Shown here piece by piece: positions 58,161 to 64,000 of a stretch of DNA of 64,000 nt (positions are counted from its first letter, which is position 1; every line of letters starts with the position of its first letter). The position numbers and the translations under genes were made by a program. The DNA comes from Leptolyngbyaceae cyanobacterium (GTDB lineage Bacteria; Cyanobacteriota; Cyanobacteriia; Phormidesmidales; Phormidesmidaceae). The stretch lies in the NCBI GenBank assembly GCA_965263355.1, contig CBDHHL010000033.1, positions 10,680-74,679 of the forward strand, read 5' to 3'. Below the pieces are notes generated by a model. It was given only the letters and a program-made list of their open reading frames with translations, made no database searches and was not told the origin of the DNA.

Positions 58161-58867
58161 GTTTGAGGCTCGATTCGATTAACAGCGCCAGAGATAGTGA
58201 ATGTCGTGTCTGCCCCAACATTGGACCCATCCTGAGCATTGGAGGTTAGCCCCGTCAGGATTGCGATCGCCCAGTCGATAGGGCCTGTAGTAAACACGCT
58301 GCCATCGGGCGATGGCAATTCTCGCTCAACATACAACTTCTGGTTGTTGTCTTTGGCGTATTTAGCAGTCGCGACAAACGCGTCATAGTAGTTGTAACCG
58401 CCATTGACAGTTAATGTCCCTGAGCCCTCCCCGATACTCACGTCAGAAGAGCTGTGATCAAATGAGCTAAACGCTGTAGTCGCGACAGTCTCAGCCAAAT
58501 CAGCTGACTGCCTGATTCTGCCTACAACTGGAAATACAGCTGTAGACCCTGTCGGAATAGTCTCATTAGCTGTTAGTTCAAGGCTAGTCCCTGCTGCGTT
58601 GTACAGAGTACGGACTTGAGCTAAAACAGAGGTTCCGGCAGGAGCAACAAACTCAAGCCATTGCCCAACCTGGACAACGCTGCTGATGGCGCCTGTCAAC
58701 GTAGCTGTAACTGACTCAGCGGTTCCCTCGGTCGTTACATCCGTTGAGCCTGATGTAGTGAACGTCCCAGCTACGGGTCTAGCTGTGCTTCCCGTTGGGA
58801 TAAGTGCACATCGAGGAATAACATTTTTCGCTTGTGGCGGAGTGAACGGTTGTCCAGCAGCAGGCAT
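58157..58867 (-). CDS. Major tail tube protein
   Basis: GGAG SD; position before chaperone/TMP; ends FTISGAV. Confidence 0.75.
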   Translation of the reverse strand: MPAAGQPFTPPQAKNVIPRCALIPTGSTARPVAGTFTTSGSTDVTTEGTAESVTATLTGAISSVVQVGQWLEFVAPAGTSVLAQVRTLYNAAGTSLELTANETIPTGSTAVFPVVGRIRQSADLAETVATTAFSSFDHSSSDVSIGEGSGTLTVNGGYNYYDAFVATAKYAKDNNQKLYVERELPSPDGSVFTTGPIDWAIAILTGLTSNAQDGSNVGADTTFTISGAVNRIEPQT

Positions 58868-58879
58868 GATTAATTTCTC

Positions 58880-59134
58880 CTATTTATGATCAAAACTAGA
58901 AAACTTTGGAGTTTGAGTCTGAGTAGGCTGGGTTTGCGCTATTGAAGCTTGATTCAAAGGCAGGCAAGCGGTAGCTCCCTCAGGGATATCTTTCAGAGCA
59001 ATAATTCTGAGTAAGTTCGATGCTGGCAAAAGCTCAATGCTAGCTGTCGCGATAAGTTGCCCTGTAGTTGGGTCTAAAAAACCTAAAACCAAGGTTGGAT
59101 CTGTAATTTCTTTGTTTTGCGGCTGTGATGGCAT
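58880..59134 (-). CDS. Hypothetical protein
   Basis: Operonic. Confidence 0.55.
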   Translation of the reverse strand: MPSQPQNKEITDPTLVLGFLDPTTGQLIATASIELLPASNLLRIIALKDIPEGATACLPLNQASIAQTQPTQTQTPKFSSFDHK

Positions 59135-59136
59135 AT

Positions 59137-59580
59137 CTAAGACCTCGCGTTTTGAATGATTTCGAAACTTTGTTGCTCAACCGACTGAACCCCAGCGTTC
59201 CTAACGATCCGAGGCCCTACTACGTCAATTAAGCTTGTTAATTCCTGTAGCAAAAGAGACCGCGCAGTTTTTACCGTGCTAGATAGGTCAAACTGCTTCA
59301 GCGTGATCCGTGTAGTGTGAGTTAGGAGATAGTCGCCAGGGGTAATTAACGGCTGAATATTGCTGTCAATCTCTGGCTCAATTACACATTCAAGCCCAGT
59401 ATGTTTAACAGGCTTTTGCTCCCAAGCTTTTCCGCCAACAGTTTTTACACTGCCATCATCGACAGTGAGCGCCTGGACCGTAACCTCTTTCCCACCCCGA
59501 ACCATATACGTTTTGGTCCCTAACTCGCTGGCCAGCGCTGTTGCTATTCGGCTGCGGAGTTCTTGTAGAGTAATACTCAC
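59137..59580 (-). CDS. Tail terminator-like protein
   Basis: Position and size. Confidence 0.5.
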   Translation of the reverse strand: MSITLQELRSRIATALASELGTKTYMVRGGKEVTVQALTVDDGSVKTVGGKAWEQKPVKHTGLECVIEPEIDSNIQPLITPGDYLLTHTTRITLKQFDLSSTVKTARSLLLQELTSLIDVVGPRIVRNAGVQSVEQQSFEIIQNARS

Positions 59581-59978
59581 GCATACCTCCTGACGCTATC
59601 GCCAAATAACTCAGTGGGGTCTGTAATTTTATGTGCTTCTGCTACTGGGTTTCGGGCGGGGAAGCTGTTCCCGGCAGTGGTTGTATAGCCAAAAAAGATT
59701 TGTGGGGCATAGTCCACACTGTCCCCTCCCCAGCTAAATTCCGCTAAGAATGGATTAATGAATCGATATTCTTGAGAGTCGCGGAATGCCCCCAGATCAA
59801 CGATATTTCTAGTTGTCCCAGCGCGTTCTCCCGACCGTCGGAGTGTTTCTCCTGGCCATCCATAGCGAGGGGATTCGATAGCAGTCGTATACGCCTGATC
59901 AAGTTCGCGGGCTGTGTCCTTCAGTCCGCTAATCAGTGCATTGTAAATAGCTGGTTGATTGATTAGTACAGTAGCCAT
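59577..59978 (-). CDS. HK97 gp10-like tail completion protein
   Basis: RNIVDLGAFRDS..YAPQIFFG..FPARNP. Confidence 0.75.
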   Translation of the reverse strand: MATVLINQPAIYNALISGLKDTARELDQAYTTAIESPRYGWPGETLRRSGERAGTTRNIVDLGAFRDSQEYRFINPFLAEFSWGGDSVDYAPQIFFGYTTTAGNSFPARNPVAEAHKITDPTELFGDSVRRYA

Positions 59979-60016
59979 GAACACAGCATGGCTAACAATT
60001 TGCGAGATGGGTTAAA

Positions 60017-60385
60017 ATGCCTGATATCCTGGCAGGCGCACTAACAATGTTTGAACAGCAGACAAAAGAGTGGTGGGACAGCATCCCCCCAGATAAAAAA
60101 ATATTGATCTCAGGCTTTCCTGACGAACTCGAAGGCTTCAAAGAAGCAGCTGCGAAAAAACTAGGGGTACCATCTGATGCTTTGGTTGTGGTCAACTGGT
60201 ATGACTTCCCAGATGATTCTGAAGAGAGTTCATCCAGGCAAACTGGATTTAGCATTAATGCCTATCATGCTTCTGCCCTTCTGAACTTAGCAAAGGATGG
60301 GAAGTTCAATGATTTTGAGGAAAAAATAAATCAGCTGGGCGAATACGCTCTTGACTCCTTTGTCACGCATGCGACAGACAGCTAG
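60017..60385 (+). CDS. Hypothetical protein
   Basis: Divergent from the tail operon. Confidence 0.55.
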   Translation: MPDILAGALTMFEQQTKEWWDSIPPDKKILISGFPDELEGFKEAAAKKLGVPSDALVVVNWYDFPDDSEESSSRQTGFSINAYHASALLNLAKDGKFNDFEEKINQLGEYALDSFVTHATDS

Positions 60386-60387
60386 TA

Positions 60388-60734
60388 TGACGATTCCCTT
60401 GAAACACGAGATTAAGGCGACTGGCATTGAGTCCCAAACGTGGCATCGCTGGAAAAAGGTGAAAGATTTGGTCGGAGGGGACACCAACGCCAAGGCCATG
60501 AGTACCTTGGTTAACTTGGTTTATCTGCTGTATTTCTCTAGCCGCTGGGAAGATGTCCAGCGGAAAGCAGCCACACTGATAACAGCACAGTGGGCCAACA
60601 GAAACCAAGAAATTGTCCCAATGCATCCGTCAGAAGTGAAACGCGTTTCTATGGATGCGAACAAGACGTTAGTCTATACTCTCGGGCAAGGGGAACCCTA
60701 TGTGCTGAGCAATGAAGCATGGGAAAGGGGCTGA
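60388..60734 (+). CDS. Hypothetical protein
   Basis: ATG 60388 follows the previous stop. Confidence 0.5.
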
Positions 60735-60759
60735 AGTCACGACTAAATAGGATAAAACC

Positions 60760-61161
60760 ATGACCTGGATTGCCAAAAACACAGGCGCAACCGCCGTCGA
60801 TATCACATTCCGATTAGCCAGGGCGATCTCTGACGATGGAGAAGGTGGCGCACCGTCTGGCTCTAGTTCGTTGGTCATCCCAGTGCGTTTAGTGCCAATC
60901 ACTGGCACGAATGACGCTAATAGCATCATTCAGAACCAATTCCCTGGAGCAAATACCTATGACTATCTGTTCTGGGGCTGGATAAACGATAGACGGAATT
61001 ATAAATTTCCCAAAGAACTTAGGCAGCAGCAACGGCCTATCGGGGAATGCACACTCCCTGACCTAGGCAGTGGTCGAATTGAGTGCAGCATTGGCCTATA
61101 CAACCCAACCGCAGCTCAGAAGATCGGGGAAAAGTTCACAGCAATCTGGACAAGGGCTTAA
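60760..61161 (+). CDS. Hypothetical protein, possible head-closure protein
   Basis: Beta-rich 133 aa; function is a guess. Confidence 0.4.
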   Translation: MTWIAKNTGATAVDITFRLARAISDDGEGGAPSGSSSLVIPVRLVPITGTNDANSIIQNQFPGANTYDYLFWGWINDRRNYKFPKELRQQQRPIGECTLPDLGSGRIECSIGLYNPTAAQKIGEKFTAIWTRA

Positions 61162-61250
61162 TACTCATCAAGCACTCCTCTGCGCAATAAATTCCCCAAG
61201 CCTCCCAAAATTGACAAACTCCCACGGATAAATCGCGTGGGATTCCCCGG

Positions 61251-62375
61251 TCAAGCAGCGATAGCAGGCTGAGCCCGTCTTACATCGCCTTCCGGTGTAG
61301 CGGTCATTGCCCCGACCGCTTTAATGTTTTTGCTGGCGTTATCGTCCCGGTCGTGAATGATCAGGCACTTTGGACACTGCCATTCACGCACCTTGAGATC
61401 CAGTCTGTCGAGGACATGACCGCACTCTGAGCAGGTTTTAGAGCTGGGATGCCACTGGCCAATGTAGACCACTTGCTTACCCTTCTTAGCCGCAACACAT
61501 TCCAGAATGCCGAGAAATTCAGCAAAGGCTAAATCGCTAACCTTGCGTCCCCATAGCCGTTGCATCCCTTTGAGGTTCAACGTCTCAAAATAGAGAATAT
61601 GGAACTCATCAGTTAAGCTGTGGGCCAACTTCCAAAACCAATCTCTACGACGGTTAGCAATGGCCTCATGCTTGTGAGCAAGGTTTAACCGTGCCCGTTC
61701 CCGATTGGCCGATCCCTTTTTCTTTCGGGATAACTGGCGGGATGCCTTTTTGATCTCCTTAATAGACTGCTTAAAGAACAATGGCGACTGAATCTTGAAG
61801 CCTTCAGAGCAGGTGAGAAAGTCTTTCAGGCCAAAGTCAAAACCAGCGGTTTTACCCGTCTCGGCAGTGACCCGAACGTCTACAGAATCAACGACAACGG
61901 CAATAAATAACTCACCTAACGGTGTCCGCTTAATGGTGAGCGTCTTTACCTTGCCATCAATCTCTCTACTATTCCAGAACTGATAGACCTTATTCCCTAT
62001 CTTCAGACGATTGCCGCCAAGGAACTTATAGCCAGCTTGCTTAAGTGTGAATGATTTATACTTTTTAACCTTCTTGAATGACGGTGGCTTAACCCCCTTG
62101 TCATGGTGCTTAAAGAACAACTGATATGCCCGCTCAATCCGTTGACAGATATCCTGCACAGCTTGAGACCCCACCAACTGCCAAAACGGGTTACGCTTTC
62201 TCAGCTTGGCGATATGCTTCTGAAGCTTGGCACAGTTCAAGTGCTTGCCAAACATGCGGTAATACCGCTTATGCAAAGCAATGCAGTGGTTATAGATAAC
62301 GCCAGCAGCATTGATAGACCGCTTTAGATACCTATTCCGCTTGTGACTGTATAACTTAAACTTTAGTGTTCTCAT
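61251..62375 (-). CDS. tnpB: TnpB RNA-guided nuclease
   Basis: GFDFGL, FETLNLKGM, CSECG/CPKC and DRDDNA; RuvC triad intact. Confidence 0.95.
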   Translation of the reverse strand: MRTLKFKLYSHKRNRYLKRSINAAGVIYNHCIALHKRYYRMFGKHLNCAKLQKHIAKLRKRNPFWQLVGSQAVQDICQRIERAYQLFFKHHDKGVKPPSFKKVKKYKSFTLKQAGYKFLGGNRLKIGNKVYQFWNSREIDGKVKTLTIKRTPLGELFIAVVVDSVDVRVTAETGKTAGFDFGLKDFLTCSEGFKIQSPLFFKQSIKEIKKASRQLSRKKKGSANRERARLNLAHKHEAIANRRRDWFWKLAHSLTDEFHILYFETLNLKGMQRLWGRKVSDLAFAEFLGILECVAAKKGKQVVYIGQWHPSSKTCSECGHVLDRLDLKVREWQCPKCLIIHDRDDNASKNIKAVGAMTATPEGDVRRAQPAIAA

Positions 62376-62416
62376 ATGTCTATGGTAACATGATATAGAC
62401 ATATGGCAATAGACAA

Positions 62417-62815
62417 ATGGCGCAAAAATATCGACATGATAATACGTCGGTTTCACTCATCAACTATCACTTTGTTTGGATAGTGAGACGACGCAAAAAG
62501 ATATTGAAGGGGGATCTAGATAATCGCCTGAAAGAGCTGATACATCAGGCAGCTACAGAAATTGACTGCCAGGTGATAGCACTAGAAACCGATTTAGATC
62601 ACGTTCATCTATTTGTGAATGCTCACCCACGGTTAGCGCCCTACCAAATCATGCATAAGGTTAAGGGGTTAAGCTCCAACGTTCTGAGAAAGGAGCAATC
62701 CTGGTTAAAACAAAAACTCCCGTCACTATGGACAAGGAGCTATTTTGTGAGCACTGCGGGCAATGTCTCAGGGGATACGATTAAGCGCTATGTTGAGGAA
62801 CAGAAAACTAAATGA
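62417..62815 (+). CDS. tnpA: Y1 HUH transposase
   Basis: YHFVW, DHVHL, LWTRSYF, YVEEQ. Confidence 0.96.
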   Translation: MAQKYRHDNTSVSLINYHFVWIVRRRKKILKGDLDNRLKELIHQAATEIDCQVIALETDLDHVHLFVNAHPRLAPYQIMHKVKGLSSNVLRKEQSWLKQKLPSLWTRSYFVSTAGNVSGDTIKRYVEEQKTK

Positions 62816-63023
62816 TTGTTCGTTTCAGGGGCGTTGAGCCCCGTCAACTCACCACCTTATATCCCACGGTTGAAACCAGTGGGCTTGACGGAGTTTCTCG
62901 TAATTCATAATTGCATTGTAGCAATTAATTGCAGAAGCGCAATTATCAGCCAACAGTAAACCTAGGCCGAGATATGGCACGACGTTGTGCTATATTCATA
63001 GGTAGCATTCCTATTGATTATTA

Positions 63024-63070
63024 AAAGCACCGAGCACATGGGCCGCTAACCCGCTCGGTGCTTTTATTTT
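63024..63070. terminator. Bidirectional terminator-like hairpin
   Basis: AAAAGCACCGAGC/GCTCGGTGCTTTT. Confidence 0.75.
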
Positions 63071-63073
63071 AGC

Positions 63074-63574
63074 CTATTTACTGATGGGCGTTAGATGCTC
63101 ACTGAGTAGGTCATTAACCAACTGGCTCAGGCTAATACCCTTGTCGGTTGCCGCTGCTTTAGCCTGAGCTTTCAGATCGGAATCCAGGGTGAGAAGGGTT
63201 TTCTCTCTTGGATTATCTCCAATGGGCTTACGGCCAGCGTTTCGGGGGTTTCGCATTGGCGCGTTTTCGGGATTGTAGTAACTGACAGGGATAGACTCCA
63301 TTTCGTCATCCATGGCTTTGCCAGACCATGCGTAGTAGATCTCTCCGAGCCTGTACACTTCTGCGTTTTCGTCGCCTACGTTTAACCGCAGAATGTCAGC
63401 AAATTTATATGGACTTCCTAGAGATTCGGCTACAACAACCTCCAGGGGACTAAAGGTGAACTCCTCGTCTATTTTGGCGTTCTCCCAGATTGAGCGATGG
63501 AAGTCGCCAACATTGGAGACGAGCACCGTAGTAAATCCGGGGGGTAAACCGCTTTTCATGGCTCGGCTGCTCAA
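63074..63574 (-). CDS. Hypothetical protein with C-terminal RHH domain
   Basis: NAGRKP..KTLLTLDSDLKAQAKAAATDKGISLSQLVNDLL. Confidence 0.7.
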   Translation of the reverse strand: MSSRAMKSGLPPGFTTVLVSNVGDFHRSIWENAKIDEEFTFSPLEVVVAESLGSPYKFADILRLNVGDENAEVYRLGEIYYAWSGKAMDDEMESIPVSYYNPENAPMRNPRNAGRKPIGDNPREKTLLTLDSDLKAQAKAAATDKGISLSQLVNDLLSEHLTPISK

Positions 63575-64000
63575 CTACATTACTAATATAGTATATATAG
63601 AATTAATTGCCTATATACTTAATTGAAGTTTACGCAAAGGTTTTGTGAAATGACCACCATCCGCCTCCCCGACTCCCCAGGCCCACGACGCAACAGTAAA
63701 CCTAGGCCACGGTATGGCACGGTGAAGCCTCCCCCATGGTCGATGCCTGGTTATCTGTTCGTAGAGAAGCCTGAGGGTGGGTGCTGGTGGGTTAGGGAAG
63801 ACATTTGTGAGAAACAAAAACCGCCAAGCTTTTAGGCTCGACGGTTTTGGGCAGCGGGTCAACTTAATGATTTATGCATTTCCGCGTATTTAAGCCAATT
63901 AAACGAATTAAAGTAATCTCTCTCGCAGTAATAGTACTCAAAATGATTGCCTTTAATCATTTTTACCTGCACATCAATGTTGCTCAGATCGGTCGCTAGC

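Larger units (their letters stand above)
61211..62899 (-). mobile_element. IS200/IS605-family element with divergent tnpA and tnpB
   Basis: Subterminal CCCAC..GTGGG hairpins at about 61221-61242 and 62863-62883; right end TCAA (61211-61214, minus); TTAC next to the left end (62900-62903, minus). Confidence 0.85.

Noticed and set aside
62376..62456. N-terminal extension of TnpB in the ORF track
   Set aside because: Overlaps the tnpA start and the divergent promoter gap; ATG 62375 (MRTLKFKL) is the typical start.

Overview
The whole window looks like part of a temperate, long-tailed (siphovirus-like) phage or prophage of a cyanobacterium. The host assignment rests on at least a dozen HIP1 GCGATCGC sites, a DUF2811-like gene, an XisF-like large serine recombinase and a cyanobacterial-type IS200/IS605. 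Layout: head module on + (portal, MuF-like, small basic proteins, scaffold, capsid, adaptor, glycan-binding appendages; 321-13613); a moron region with a DNA methyltransferase and a PAS-EAL phosphodiesterase (13618-18800); the serine integrase (19012-20472); a leftward replication/early arm (second MTase, HNH, iteron origin, split primase-helicase, RecD/Dda-like helicase, SSB-like, RusA; 20500-31700); a twin-promoter switch with a perfect CRP box (31500-32800); many small rightward early genes; a membrane-protein plus P-loop ATPase operon (41586-45268); a leftward tail module (47661-59979); and a tnpA/tnpB IS (61211-62899). I recognised no terminase, endolysin, tRNA, CRISPR array or reverse transcriptase. 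The most striking unexplained signals are two tandem, mutually covarying H-type RNA pseudoknots in the capsid leader (with related folds before other genes), second-messenger links (EAL gene, CRP site), an Ig domain split across a UCC-UAA +1 junction, a cluster of very basic head-module proteins, and the ATPase/membrane operon under helically phased repeats. All family calls come from reading motifs by eye; no database searches were run.
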